Part shown: piece by piece, positions 1-12,350 of the stretch | Numbering within the stretch: the first letter of the stretch is position 1 | Layout: each line of letters opens with the position of its first letter | Program-made: the position numbers and the translations under genes | Source of the DNA: Tubiluchus corallicola | Taxonomy: Eukaryota > Animalia > Priapulida | Assembly (NCBI GenBank): GCA_030141605.1 | Contig: JAQGDQ010000452.1 | Span: 103,580-167,579 of the forward strand | Length of the DNA stretch: 64,000 nt | Reading direction: 5' to 3' | The notes under the pieces: model-generated | Told to the model about the DNA's origin: nothing | Seen by the model: only the letters and a program-made list of their open reading frames with translations | The model's database searches: none

Positions 1-417
1 ATGTAGCAAAGAAATGAAACTAAGGTGCCGTTTGTTTCGCTCCTGTTTTGAGCGTTGACACATTATTAACTTTTATCTCTTCATTTCGGTCACTGTGCGA
101 AGTGTGTATGAGGTCATTTCACGTTTGTCGGAGATTTCCGACATGAACTAAGAAACGACATTCATTTTTTAGAAAACAATCGTCTACGGTGGACGTATTA
201 ACAAAATTTGCCAAAATTGACAAAAGTCGTCAGAAAATTAGCTCGATAAAAATCGTTAAAAATGTTAGCGTGATTACACACCAATTTAAATTCATAGCGT
301 TGCTTTTTGACTTACAAGTAGATACCAACTATTTAAAAAGTCCAGCCAAAATCAAAAAACAGAAAGTTTTGATCTCACTTTCTGCAGAAACGGCTAAAGC
401 ATATCAGGCACACTTAC

Positions 418-596
418 TGTTTCAGACAGTGACTTTTTATCCGAAGAATTTTGCATGCCGTCTCTAGTCACGCCCCACTCTTGTGGAATCTCTTCTGGCG
501 GCTCTTGCACATCCGAGTCAAACGGATTGGAATCAACTGACGGCTGTTCCTTACTATTCGGCTTCAAATACTGGATGTGTGGAACGCCAGTCGGTG
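418..596 (-). CDS. LENG8: LENG8-like coding exon 7 (gene continues beyond left edge)
   Basis: Acceptor cttctag, donor ACA|gtaagt; 179 nt, phase 1->0, open frame (T)PTGVPHIQYLKPNSKEQ...KKSLSET; phase fits preceding exon. Confidence 0.75.
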
Positions 597-1598
597 CTAG
601 AAGTTTACGCATAAATGATATTCAATATCAGTGTCACCAGAACAGAATCATAAAACATTGTAACTTTCAAGAAAGTCACAGAATTTACGTAACAAGTTAC
701 TAGGGAATAGTAAGATGCACTGAATATTCGAATCACCGAATCTGTATAAAAATGCGGTCCGGTAAACTTCGGTCGCAATCGCAAAAGGTTCGATGAACTT
801 CGGTATACCTTAGTTAGTTTTTTTAGTAATTGTCATGTTCGGTGAAAATTATATGAAACAAACAGAACATTTTCTTTAATGTTTAAAAAAATTATCAATA
901 AAAAGCTGACGGTAAATGGGGAACATGGCACAACAGCCGACATTTTGCTTTGTGTTTCTGTATGATAACTCGAAAAAAGCAATACACCGTCTGTACACTA
1001 GTCAAGTCAATGAGCAATATCGTGGTGGTGCTTGTATTAAAATTATACACGATGAAATAAACCAATGAGAACTCGAGTTAATAAACAATTATACAATTAC
1101 AGTATTGCCTAGATAATGTTTTTATTGATTGCACAAAATTTTCTGAACAGCTTTTGAGAGAATTACAACTGTTTTTAAAATACTTACTACTTTACGATGT
1201 AGCCATTAAACAAAAACACAGAACAATTTTACACCGGTCAAGAATAGCCACTACTGTAACTTAAAATGATGAAACCTTACAGAATTTATAATTCTTTTCA
1301 ATTGGAATTAAAATTTAGTTAAGCTTCGGTAAAATTTTTTTATACGGCTTCGATATGTTATTCCAATTTAACTTGATATTTTGTTCAGAATTTGGTTCAG
1401 TAGCATTTGGCTGCTTATTCGGTCAAGTTTGGTTCGGTGACATTTGCTTGCCCATTCGGTCAAGTTTGGTTCGGCGACACACAAACATCAAAAAATATGC
1501 TTGTTCGTTTGATGAAATGTGCCTTCAGTGCACCTCTACACGTTAAATTAAAACAGCACACAACTATTTCAACAATAACAAGCAATTTTTCTACTTAC

Positions 1599-1708
1599 TT
1601 CTATTTTGCTTCTTCTTGCCGCCTCTGTTGTTAAAAGGGGTTTGATGGCTCTGAGGCGGGAACCTTGGTTGTGTCTGCTCGGCACCGTGCACCTGTTGAG
1701 TTGACCAC
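1599..1708 (-). CDS. LENG8: LENG8-like coding exon 6
   Basis: Acceptor tgtccag, donor GAA|gtaagt; 110 nt, phase 2->1; WSTQQVHGAEQTQPRFPPQSHQTPFNNRGGKKKQNR. Confidence 0.75.
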
Positions 1709-1777
1709 CTGGACAATATTATTTACATGAGTGATAAATGCGGGAAATTTAAGAAAAAACATTTAAACTCTAGTTTT

Positions 1778-1930
1778 AATTTAAATTTGTGTTGTAAGAC
1801 CAGTAAATACGAAAGCTGTATACAAATTGAAAGTTTATTTACGTTTATTTATTTAAGTTTATTTGAATTTAAATTTATGTTATAAGACCTGTAAATAAGG
1901 AAGCTGTATAGAAATTGAAAGTTTATTTAC
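1778..1930. repeat. Local tandem duplication (about 65-bp block, 2 copies)
   Basis: atttaaattt..taagacc..agctgtata..aaattgaaagtttatttac occurs twice. Confidence 0.7.
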
Positions 1931-2332
1931 AGGGCATTCTGTGCAAGAAGTTAATGCATTTAGAATTTTATGAAAGCTACTTGCGATTCAGACAAGCTAA
2001 TGTCACAAGAGTCTCAAGGTTGCAGTAAAACACAGAGTGATTTAAAACAAGATGTTCTGGCTATTTTTAAAGTCACAGTTCTAGTGAACTTTCTTGCGAA
2101 ACACAATTAAGGTAAAGTGCGCTAGTCACAATCCTGAGTAATATTATCAATTCGAAAGGTCCGACTAGCTGGACCATAGTGCCTTTAGATATAATATTCT
2201 GCCAAAATGTAGGTATGAGTGCATGCACTCCCATTATATTTCATGATGACGTATTCGTTTGGGGGATAGAGCAAACAAACAATCCAGGTTATCAGACTTC
2301 AATGGTACTTATCATGAGCAATGACGACTTAC

Positions 2333-2406
2333 ATTTGCTGAGGCCACTGCATAGGCTGTTTGGGTGTTTGAAGAAGACCGGGTCTATTGTTACCCATCAC
2401 ACCACT
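2333..2406 (-). CDS. LENG8: LENG8-like coding exon 5
   Basis: Acceptor gtttttgtag, donor AT|gtaagt; 74 nt, phase 0->2; SGVMGNNRPGLLQTPKQPMQWPQQ(M). Confidence 0.75.
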
Positions 2407-2829
2407 CTACAAAAACGGAAACTATGAAAACAATCAAACCAAAACGTACAATAATTAGCAGCTTATTATCCTTATCGATTATTCGATGTGTGTTTCACGT
2501 AATGTACACTAAACTAGTTCAAAGTGTCACAGGTAATGCGCTTAAACATAACATGGACATATTAAACAGATCCTAAATAACAACATGGTCACAAGTATTA
2601 ATTTTAAAATGGAGATATGGATATCTTCTTCTTCCAGACAAACAAGTCATTTGAGCTGACATAGCACACAAACACCAAAATAAAACACAAATCTCGATGT
2701 CTGATTTATTCTGCACATCGATGAGGCATCCCCCAACACTGTTTGTTTTACTAACAGAGAAACAAACGTTTGCCTACTGACCAATGTCTATTATATACCC
2801 AAAGTCGATTTATGTAATTAAAATCATAC

Positions 2830-2964
2830 CTGCGTTCCGTACATACTCATGTTATTATAAGCATTAAAACTGCCAAACTGCTGGTGTTGCATGTGACCAG
2901 GCGGGCCAGAAGATGGCTGCCCAAATGGACTGAGGTTGCCTCCAAAGTTAAACCGATTAAATCC
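2830..2964 (-). CDS. LENG8: LENG8-like coding exon 4
   Basis: Acceptor tttgttttaag, donor CAG|gtatga; 135 nt, phase 0->0; GFNRFNFGGNLSPFGQPSSGPPGHMQHQQFGSFNAYNNMSMYGTQ. Confidence 0.78.
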
Positions 2965-3882
2965 CTTAAAACAAACACTGATTACAGCAAGAAACATTAA
3001 GAGAAGTGAGAACGAAGTAAAGTAAAGTAAAAAGCTTTTATAAAACTTGTAATAAATCTGTTGTGGTTCGTTGTCTCATCTTAAGAGAAATACTGTTGCT
3101 AATGATCTGGATTCCAGTCCTGCCACAAGTATTAACTTAGTTGTGAAGTTCTGCACTCGAGTGTTGTTACAGTCCAAACTACAGTGTACTAAACTGTATA
3201 AAATATGGGCAAACATCCTACTTTATATTAAATTTCATGCAAAGGTTATAACACAAGAAAATCCCCCACTTGCATAAAGCTTAAAAATTCATCATGAAAT
3301 TTTATATACATACTACCTTTTTAATTACAGGGATTGTGTCGGTAGTAATGCTGTATGAAAACTTGTAAATTTAAACTCCCGTGGTGACTGTTAGACCACA
3401 GCCACATTGATGGTAGGTCGTTTGAAAAAAATAAGCATTCGTAGGGCACATACTAAGTAAGTAAAATTTTAAATTACTGTATCTTGTCAATAAGATTAAA
3501 AATACGTTTTTTGGTTAGTGAATGGCGCACCCTGTAGGGTGAGTCAGCGACATTTTACCAATTGGCGTGAACATTTAAAAATATTATTTCTAGTTACATA
3601 AGTTTTTTCAGCAGGTAAGCGAAATGCTAAGTAATATAGATTGCATGGAAAGTTTTCTGGGACATAAGTTAACATTGTCTTTTCTTTCCCAGATTTACGT
3701 TGTGCGTAGGTGAAGTCTTGTAATGACGCCCGTAGGAACAGTACTGCGGGAAATAATACGCAAATATACGCATAAAATTGCTGTAAAATAATATAATTTT
3801 CAAGGCGATTTTTCTGAAATGTACTTCAGGTTCCCCTTTTCTTGTCCTTTAAGTTTTTCTATATTTACAAAGTTACACTTAC

Positions 3883-4121
3883 CATATGATTATTGAAAGC
3901 AAAACGTTGCTGTTGTTGTTGCTGAAACTGCTGTAGCTGATGTTGCTGCTGCTGCTGAAACATGGCGTACTGTTGCTGCAACATAAGCTGATCCTGCATT
4001 TGCTTGCTCAGTTCTGACTGTGCCATGTCGCTGGCTGACATGTTTGTGGAACTGGTGCTGGGTGACCCAGCGTGAGCTTGCTGTAATGCTTTGCGCGCTA
4101 TCTCCCACTGCGGATTTGGTG
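3883..4121 (-). CDS. LENG8: LENG8-like coding exon 3 (conserved NPxWExARxAL motif, polyQ)
   Basis: Acceptor tttttttatcctcag, donor ATG|gtaagt; 239 nt, phase 1->0; PNPQWEIARKALQQ resembles human LENG8 ENPEWEKARQAL (recalled from memory), followed by a Q-rich tract. Confidence 0.82.
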
Positions 4122-4601
4122 CTGAGGATAAAAAAATCAATGTACATGTAATTGCTTGTGCACATAAACAGTGAATATTATGGCAGCAATCACCTACTCT
4201 TACTATTCCTATATAGGCCATCTAAAATCCCAAGTGTGCATGTGTTATACGTGCCAGCTCAAACCACTGATGTCCATGGCATGTGTAACTAAAATCCCAT
4301 ATGTGCATGCATACATGTGCTCACTAAAATTAACCATTTGTCTTTTCAGAAATGCCTGCAGTAGTTCACATTTCCAGAAATAATTATATGTGTAATATAT
4401 AGATTATAAGTATTTATAGTCTATACATAATTATAATTAATAAGACAGTGATATGTTCTTAAACTACTGATTTAGTCAGATTTACAATTTGCAAGGTTTT
4501 CAGGTTCAAGACCACATGGATCAATCACAATTTTTCAGTTTCTTTTTTCTGTCAACTCAGTGTTCATGAGATTAACTGCCATTTAACATAAACCACTAGG
4601 C

Positions 4602-4780
4602 TTAAAGGTCAAATACAGCGTACTTCATGAAGTTTCAGTTTTGTACAAAAACAGAAAAAATGCTCTAACAAAGATTTTCTGTAGATAGTTTACTTAGGAA
4701 ATCGGGAGTGAAGAAGTTTGAAACTTGATTTCGCGCATTTTACTCGTTAGATGATGCCAGCAAAATTCAGTCATTAGTTA
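4602..4780. mobile_element. Partial copy of the TTAAAGGTCAA MITE family
   Basis: Aligns by eye to the reverse complement of 15215-15417 (shared ttttactcgttagatgatgcca and tgaagtttcagtttt). Confidence 0.6.
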
Positions 4781-5411
4781 TGGCTTACAGCAGCATTTGG
4801 TTAACACGTGTCACATTTCACTATGTAGCAAAGTTTACAAAATTCAGCTTCACAGATATGACACAAGGATGTTCAAATATACAATGCTTTTCACACGATT
4901 GTAGTTTAAAAATATATCATCTGATTCCTCTAGTCCAGAATTTGAACTTCACATCACAAGATTTTCACCAGGAAAAGCCTGGCCACCTGACGGCTTTCCA
5001 ATTCACAATTATAATATCAGAGGCACACATTGTGGACACAAAACTATCAGGTGCAGTAAGCGCTGCTGGTTTTTACTTCTTAATGTATTCACGTCTTTTC
5101 ATTTATCAAGGTGTCACTATTATAACTACCAGGTACTAAAAATATATATATGTTAACGTTCTGTAAACGAACGGCACTGTTAACTGTAACGAATTCATAG
5201 AAAAAAGAACCATCAAGAGAATACTGTTACAACTAGACTAGAACATGACTGATACTGTTCTTGTTAGTATCACTACACTAGTCAGTGGCACATTGCACTG
5301 TAATGTATTGCAAACATTAGCGTTAATACTAATAACGGAATTTAAAACTAAACGATTGAAACAATTCAATACAGTAGTAAAAAATCACAGGTACTGCTCG
5401 TGTCATCTCAC

Positions 5412-5435
5412 TGCGTTTCTGAATACCGCGGACCG
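5412..5435 (-). CDS. Candidate 24-nt microexon in LENG8 intron 2
   Basis: Acceptor tttttcattttgtgttatgtgttag, donor GCA|gtgaga; open in the phase-1 frame ((A)VRGIQKR(T)). Confidence 0.33.
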
Positions 5436-8116
5436 CTAACACATAACACAAAATGAAAAATTATCTCGAAGTTAAACTGGAATTCAGCACAAGTACCCAA
5501 GATACACAGATATACATAAGCTTATAATGATTATGACCTTGACGACGAAGTCCTTACATTCTTGACAAAATCACAGTGAATGACCACAACTTAATATTAC
5601 TGTAGAAGAGTATTTGTACATAGTCACCCGCAGCAATTCCATCCAGACTGACAGTTCTGGCTAATAAAAAATAACACACAACTCAATGAATTGTTTTGAA
5701 ACAAAATGATTAAAATAGCGCTGTAACAATGGATGTTATCACGTGACGTGACCACCAAAGACGCATGCGCCATGACCCCTTCTGCATTACTTAGCAAACT
5801 TAGTGCTCACAGTTTGTTGTACGCAAAGTGTACAGTACAACAAACAGGTGCTACAGCGGTTACCGGTTATTATCATACGGTTGCTTCCTCAGTTATGCCC
5901 GGTCAGGTGTCATGACAGCAGCTGCACAATAAGCCCTCAATGACTTGACAATTGTTAATACGTTTCCCATAGCAGACTTTATATAAGTCTATGTTTTTAC
6001 TAATACAAGTTTTCCCTATCAATAATAACAGTTTGATAGGTACTGGTGCCGTAACATTTTGCTGGTGATGTTGAATCACAGAATGCTTTGTCGAACTTTA
6101 TTATAAAACATTCAATAAAGCAACAGGTCCCACGTTCTTAATAGCTAGCTAATACAGACTAAGGCATTTTTTAAAGTTACCTTAACCTTAAATGAACAAG
6201 TCAGTTGACCTTATTCGCAATAGTAAGCACATTCACCACTTGACAAAGCTAAGTAAACATAAATCAAACGTTAAATTATATGACTATGACTATGAATTGA
6301 CATACAAATGTGAATGCTGACATGTATCTAAAATTATCCATGTACTTATTCAAAAGCCAAAATGCCTAATAATATTATGCAAGTCACTACAGTGATTTCA
6401 TATTAAAATTTATTTTCCTTACATAATAATAAATTTAGTTAGATATTTATAACAGGAAATATAAACCCAAGGGAAGGCTGGTGAAAGAACTGATTACTTA
6501 TTAAATCAGCCAGCATTAGTATACATTAAAATTATTGGATTTAAGCGATATTACCATGCAGTTAGATATAAACATAATTTCACAAGAACTTTTGCAGTTT
6601 ATCTTCTATACATTATGTATGAGAACATCTGTTACATAAGAGATACCTTCTTTTACATAAGAGATAAGGTATTATCAGAGATACTAAACAAACTAACAAC
6701 TTATAGACATAGGTGTTGTAGCTTACACGTTACTGTAATGATGCACAGTAGGTAGGAGTAACCATCTCACTACAGTTCCTTCAAGAATTAAACTCGGAAA
6801 CTTGTTTCAGGAGAAGACAATCTATAGAGATGGACGGATTACCCCCCCTCCCACAAAATTTTGCACAAGTTGTACATTGTGAATCAATCAATCATCTCAT
6901 ACTCATTAATCAATCACAATACTGACAGATTTCTACATCTCAAAAATAAAGTACTGTTTTAAACATCATTCAATGCAGAGGAAAGTGAATTAATTAAGTA
7001 TGTGACTATTATCTATCCAATCAAAGCAAAATGGCTAGCTGATCATTTATCATTAAAAATTCCATAAAAGGTGCTGCCGCCACGAGACCTGCACAGCATT
7101 AACAAAAAGTTTCATAGGGCCTCTGTTTGTGTACAAAGGTTCCAGAGTTTGCATTACACCAACATATAGAGGACTTTTTCAAATTTTATTATACAAGTAA
7201 ATAACACTGCAAGTACATACAGGCTTTTAATAAAACTGACAGCAATAGCTAGAAAGAGGAATGCCAAAGAGTTATTGAACGTAAAGCAACCAATCAATTC
7301 ATGATAATTGATGAAAACCATCAAAAATATTAAAAACCGGTCTTCACATTTGTCAGTGAATAATTTTTGCAAAAATGTCTAATAAGTTTTGATAGAAGTG
7401 GTAACAATAGGTGGTCACTGGAGTAACCAAGTTGCCATTATGTAAAAAGAAGTTAATCAAATTGAAGAAAATTGTCAAAAAACGTCGAAAAATCATCAGA
7501 TTTTCTGACCCCAAAGTAATTGTAGAACTAGTGACCTCTGAAAACGTAAACAGTACATAGTTTATACACTATAAACAAGAAATATGCAGACGGTAGTCAA
7601 TTTTTTTATTGCCTATAGCAAACGCATGTTAAATATTTGACAGCACTTCGTTAAATTTCTTTACTGAAATCTGACATTTGTCATTTTTTCTTTCATCCAC
7701 ATTAAAATTTGTTGCAGCCAAAGTCCAAAGCTACAAGCTAGCAATCAGATTAGGAACAGTTAAACAACAGCAACAAAAAGATCAATGTCTTCTTAAGAGT
7801 AGTACAGTATAAGTTACTCAAATTACAACATTTAAAATGAACTTGCTTGATCCCTGGAAACACTGCACATGTAAACCCATAATTCATAACAATATCAGCT
7901 GTTGCTTAATAGCCTTATTAAACTTTCAGGTTTAATGGAGCGCATTACGTAACACTTCCTACACCCTACAGGTATTACATAATTGCCTGATGTCCCAACG
8001 AGATTTTTACTCATTTTGAACACGTCTATGTAGTTCGATATGATGATGTTAATTTGGAAACCTACATTGAGAATTGTTTTTAATAATGCAGGCAACAATA
8101 TATAACATTATATAAA

Positions 8117-8460
8117 ATGAACATGATGACGATGAACAAGGAGTCAACAATGACACAGTGATGATGCTGTATGCAGAAGTGCAGCTGTTATTATGGAACA
8201 GTAGATGATGGTGAAGAATGAACATGATGATTATGAACATGGAGTCTATGATGGCAGTGATGATGCTGCATGCAGAATTGCAGCTGTTATTATGAGACAG
8301 TAGATGATGGTGAAGAATGAACATGATGATTATGAACATGGAGTCAACGATGACACAGTGATGATGCTGCATGCAGAATTGCAGCTGTTATTATGGAACA
8401 GTAGATGATGGTGAAGAATGAAAATGATTATGATGAACATGGAGACAATGATGCAGATGA
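8117..8460. repeat. 99-bp tandem repeat, about 3.5 copies, ATG-rich
   Basis: atgaacatggagtc recurs at 8233 and 8332. Confidence 0.85.
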
Positions 8461-8867
8461 TGAATGTACATAATAAAAAATTTTGAAAATATGCACTGCA
8501 ATTCATCCTTGAAACAGTACCTCATCATCATTAGAAATCTAATACAAAAACTAAGCTACATGGAGGGGACGCTATAAATAACAGATAACAAAAATGAAGT
8601 ACTATGCCCGGCTGCCACACACGAGAGATTCCAAAATTTACAAACACGTGCAATTTCACTCCACTAAATACCAGTTCTGAATTGAGATTTTGTTAAAACC
8701 GCATAACAAATTTTCTGGATGCTCCTATGTGGACTAGTCTCCTATGCTGTATTATGGACATGCCTCCGTGGTATATTACAATTGGCAAATAAAGATTCAA
8801 CAATTGTACTCACTAAACCAAGTTTTACATGCTTGTGCACGAATTACAACGCAAATTATGTACTTAC

Positions 8868-8917
8868 CATTATTATTGTTTCCTGTCATGGAGTTGGCAG
8901 TGGTAAACTGTGCTGCC
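8868..8917 (-). CDS. LENG8: LENG8-like coding exon 2
   Basis: Acceptor ttttggttttgtttttag, donor ATG|gtaagt; 50 nt, phase 2->1; (W)AAQFTTANSMTGNNNN, comparable to human WSSQY; supplies exactly the phase bridge needed between exons 1 and 3. Confidence 0.78.
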
Positions 8918-9985
8918 CTAAAAACAAAACCAAAACGTCATTAAAATGGAACAATGTCAATTTTTTAATTTGTAGAGACGATAGTAATGTAATGTAAAGA
9001 AGTCCTATTCGTGGTCTTAACCACTTGAATGTTTTGTCACCAAGTATCTCCACCACTATCAGTTTCCATCGGGAGATTTCTAACAGCATGGCATGCAAAG
9101 TTTGCAAATTACCCTAACACCAAATAAATCCTATTACCATAAAGAGTTACCAAATGTCCTACTGCAGACACTAAAGCTTCATTCAAAAAATATCAAAAAT
9201 TTCATTTTGTGCAAAAGATTCACTGGAAATGACAAGAAGATAATGTTTGAGAACATATAATAAAAGAAAATCACCGCAAATCGAAGCAAAACTGACTACT
9301 GAAAAAACTTTCACAATCAGGAATGATTAAATTTGCCTGACCACTAAATGTCAACCACAAAAATATTTTATTTGACACCAATATCAATCTCAAATTACTA
9401 ATTTCACGTTAAAAGGTATTCGGTTTCAACTGCATGTGCACAATGCTCAAAACTTTACAAGTTTACAAAGCCTTGGAACTGTTTGTTACAGTTCTTCATT
9501 CGATTCTCTGTACTTATTATTAGAAAATTTAGTTACACCTAAAAGTCGAGGTAGAAACTACGACATCATTAGAATAGCAATGAATAAAGGGAAAACTGCC
9601 GGACTGATCTGAGTATTACAGAATACTAAATTCATCAGCCATTACAAACCTCTCAACCCTAGAAGAAAGCAAATCTGGAGATTTCATAAAAAAGTTAAAA
9701 AACCTGGAGATTTTACATCACAAATGTTCATGATATTCAGATTATGATCACTATGGCACTGAAACTTTTTCTCGAAAAAAGAAAATTGACGTAGTTAATT
9801 GTTAAAACAGCTTTGTAATAATGAATGTAATTCAAAACAGCAAAATAACGCAAGGCCAGTATTGACATCAAACGTGAGCACACTCAGCGGCATTCGGGAC
9901 ATCAGCTTACGTGGTGCTTTAGAAAAATGAGCGGCAATTTGGGGCATGCATTTCGATCCAATAAAATGTAACACAACAAGATTCC

Positions 9986-10064
9986 GCAGATCAAGATTGC
10001 TGTTTTTATACACATATGAGTTAAGCAGATCAAGATTGCTGTTTTTATACACATGAGTTAAGCA
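9986..10064. repeat. About 39-bp tandem duplication
   Basis: gcagatcaagattgctgtttttatacacat..gagttaa occurs twice. Confidence 0.8.
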
Positions 10065-10224
10065 ATACTCTAAGTTCTTCGAATTGAGGACTAGGCGAAG
10101 TATCTTGGTATTATACTAAGCAGGGAGTAACCACATTGACATGACTGCAAACACTAAGTTTCTTACAACAAAACCTGAAATACTATCACAAACACACAAA
10201 ACAGGCAGCCTATATCATGCTGAT

Positions 10225-10620
10225 TAAATTGCAGATGGAATACGGCAGTGTAACATGGGACCAGCACTTTCAAAAAGACAAAAATATGAACGGGAAGATT
10301 AACAGACTTGCAGCTGGTTTATACTCAATGACTGCAACAGACACAGCAGCATTACAACCACGCTACACCAGTTAGAATGGCAGATTCTCGAACATCAAAG
10401 AGAGGGGCACCATTTGGTATTAATGTATAACTACATCTACATTGCTCAGGGCTAAGTGCAGTGCCGTTCTTCCATTTAATTCCTGCTGATCTACGTGCTG
10501 GATCACATCACCCCTTTAAATTCAAGCATATTTCGGCGTCAACATCACCATACAAATTTTCATTCTTTTCACATCGATGTGATATCCATGCCATAGTTGG
10601 AGTTTACCAATATTGATGCA
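10225..10620 (+). mobile_element. Decayed CR1/L2-group LINE ORF2 3' fragment
   Basis: Frameshifted remnants MEYGSVTWD, FILNDCNRHSSITTTLHQLEWQILE and HPFKFKHISASTSPYKFSF resemble post-RT motifs (LEYASxVWDP, RAARFV..SSVT.ML..L.W, YKxSFFPRT). Confidence 0.65.
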
Positions 10621-10959
10621 TACCCAAAACGTCTCGGTCTATCATTTTCATTTTGCTATGTTTATTTTATTTTTTCATTTGTTAATTGGTTTGTAATGAT
10701 CAATTTATGATTTATGTACATTAACTATTATATATAGTACTACTATTATAATACTAGTAATACTATTACTATTAGTATTAATTTAAAGAGGAAGTCAGTA
10801 CCACCACAATTTTTTCGGACATTATAATATTAATTTATTAGCGGTGAGTGCCAGATAACCTGCGTTTTTTCCTCACCCCATCTTCTTGAGTAAAGTGAAG
10901 TATTTTGTAAAATGAAATATTAAATGTGATATTAGTTATTATTACTGGAGAAAATAAAC

Positions 10960-11290
10960 GTCTGTCCTATGTCCCAAAGGTGGAACAGAAGAAGATTCAC
11001 ATTCGCAAGGCGAGTAATTAATGAGTGGAACAAGCTGCCTGACCATGTAATACAAGCACCCAATCCCGCCCAGTTTAAGTCTCGTCTCGATAGATTTTGG
11101 AAAAATAATGCTGAAAAATATATAGACCCCAGGTTGCAACAATGGCAACAAGAAACCCTATACTTCGCTTCGTGATCGTAGTGTCGCCACCCATTATGTA
11201 TTTTAATAGTGAAAAGTAAACAAGGAAGAATGGAGAGGTTTATAAGTAAGTATGCTTAACCTCTAATCCTTCGACGGTAACGGTAATGTA
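10960..11290 (+). mobile_element. 5'-truncated CR1-type LINE 3' end
   Basis: RRFTFARRVINEWNKLPDHVIQAPNPAQFKSRLDRFW is the classic CR1 ORF2 C-terminus; followed by a 3'UTR ending in ACGGTA-ACGGTA. Confidence 0.8.
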
Positions 11291-11322
11291 CTAAGCAAGA
11301 ACAGGGTACCATTTTTACTTAC

Positions 11323-11369
11323 CACTGTGCTGCTTGCGCTGCCTGATTTGCTAATGTTCCTCCAGCCAT
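11323..11369 (-). CDS. LENG8: LENG8-like coding exon 1 (start)
   Basis: ATG GCT GGA... MAGGTLANQAAQAAQ(W), donor TG|gtaagt, 47 nt, phase 2; Trp codon completed by exon 2. Confidence 0.72.
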
Positions 11370-12350
11370 TTATTAGGATTTAACAATAAAATAACGGTAG
11401 AACGGGTTTATTATGCACTGACAATCAATAAATTTCGTAAAAAAATATTATCAACACTACAAATGGACGACATTAGTCAGTTTCGCCAGGAGAGCGAGGC
11501 TTTGCGAGATTGAATAGTTAAAAACAAAAGCAGAAACGGAACGAAAAATTCATCATGTTGTTCTTCAGCATAATCATCCACAATTCTGCATACATGATAC
11601 AAGTGTCACCCTTCCCACATATTACATTTCCTTTTAACAGCTATATAATTCTTCTTGATTCTATAATGTCTCTAAATGCTCTTACTAATCACTGAAGAGT
11701 ATCTATTTCTGTTGTTATAATAGTCTGAATACCAACGTTATGCTTATTCCTTCCGATTTCTCAGTACTTAATGAATGTTCTGTTGTATCTTTTTGAATCC
11801 TGCACTTAGGACACAATAAATCTTCCCATTTATTTCCTTTGTAATTACATTTCTGTTCTCTCATATATAACTTCATTAATTTCCATTATATTTACTATAT
11901 CTGTAAGACCACACTTTCTGATATATCGCTGTTTTTCATATTTTTCGCCATCAAGAAATCTTAATTTTGTCATTCTCTACATACATTATCTTTATATTCT
12001 TGTAATATTTATTGGTTTATAGCTTTTTTATTTCCATTTTCCTTGTTACTTATTTAGTTTCTACATTTTTTATTTGCTCCACCTTACCTTTCTTTCTGTA
12101 ATTATCCAATATCTTATACGTATTGCTGTTTTTTTAGCTAATCATTTCTTCAGCGGTTTCTTTGATTACTGTCTTAACATCTACCTATTCTGGACGCGCA
12201 GTAGTGCTATTCATTTTTTGTCGAGCTGCTAGACATTATTCAAGACTTCAAGACTGAGTGAAATCAAATTCCGGAATCAAGAAAATTTCATTTTAATTTT
12301 ACAAATACCGGAGCAAATGCGCATGCTCAGAACAAGCAACTAGAAAAAAG
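11370..12350. promoter_or_regulatory. Divergent (bidirectional) promoter region LENG8/PRKAR1
   Basis: Divergent ATGs <1 kb apart; TTCCGGAA (ETS-like, 12269-76), TGCGCATGCTCA (NRF1-like, 12318-29), AAGATGGCG (YY1-like) over the PRKAR1 ATG. Confidence 0.55.
11620..12170 (-). mobile_element. Decayed non-LTR retrotransposon ORF2 C-terminus (zinc-knuckle remnant)
   Basis: Minus strand gives MTKLRFLDGEKYEKQRYI.. then, frameshifted, KCNYKGNKWEDLLCPKCRIQKDTTEH (CxxC..H); A-rich strand bias; boundaries approximate. Confidence 0.6.

Noticed and set aside
8049-8372. His-rich 107-aa ORF on the LENG8 strand
   Set aside because: 99-bp tandem repeat with no fitting splice sites; the exon chain is complete without it
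8521-8538. 18-nt microexon candidate in LENG8 intron 2
   Set aside because: Introduces TAA in the phase-1 frame and the donor (gtactg) is weak
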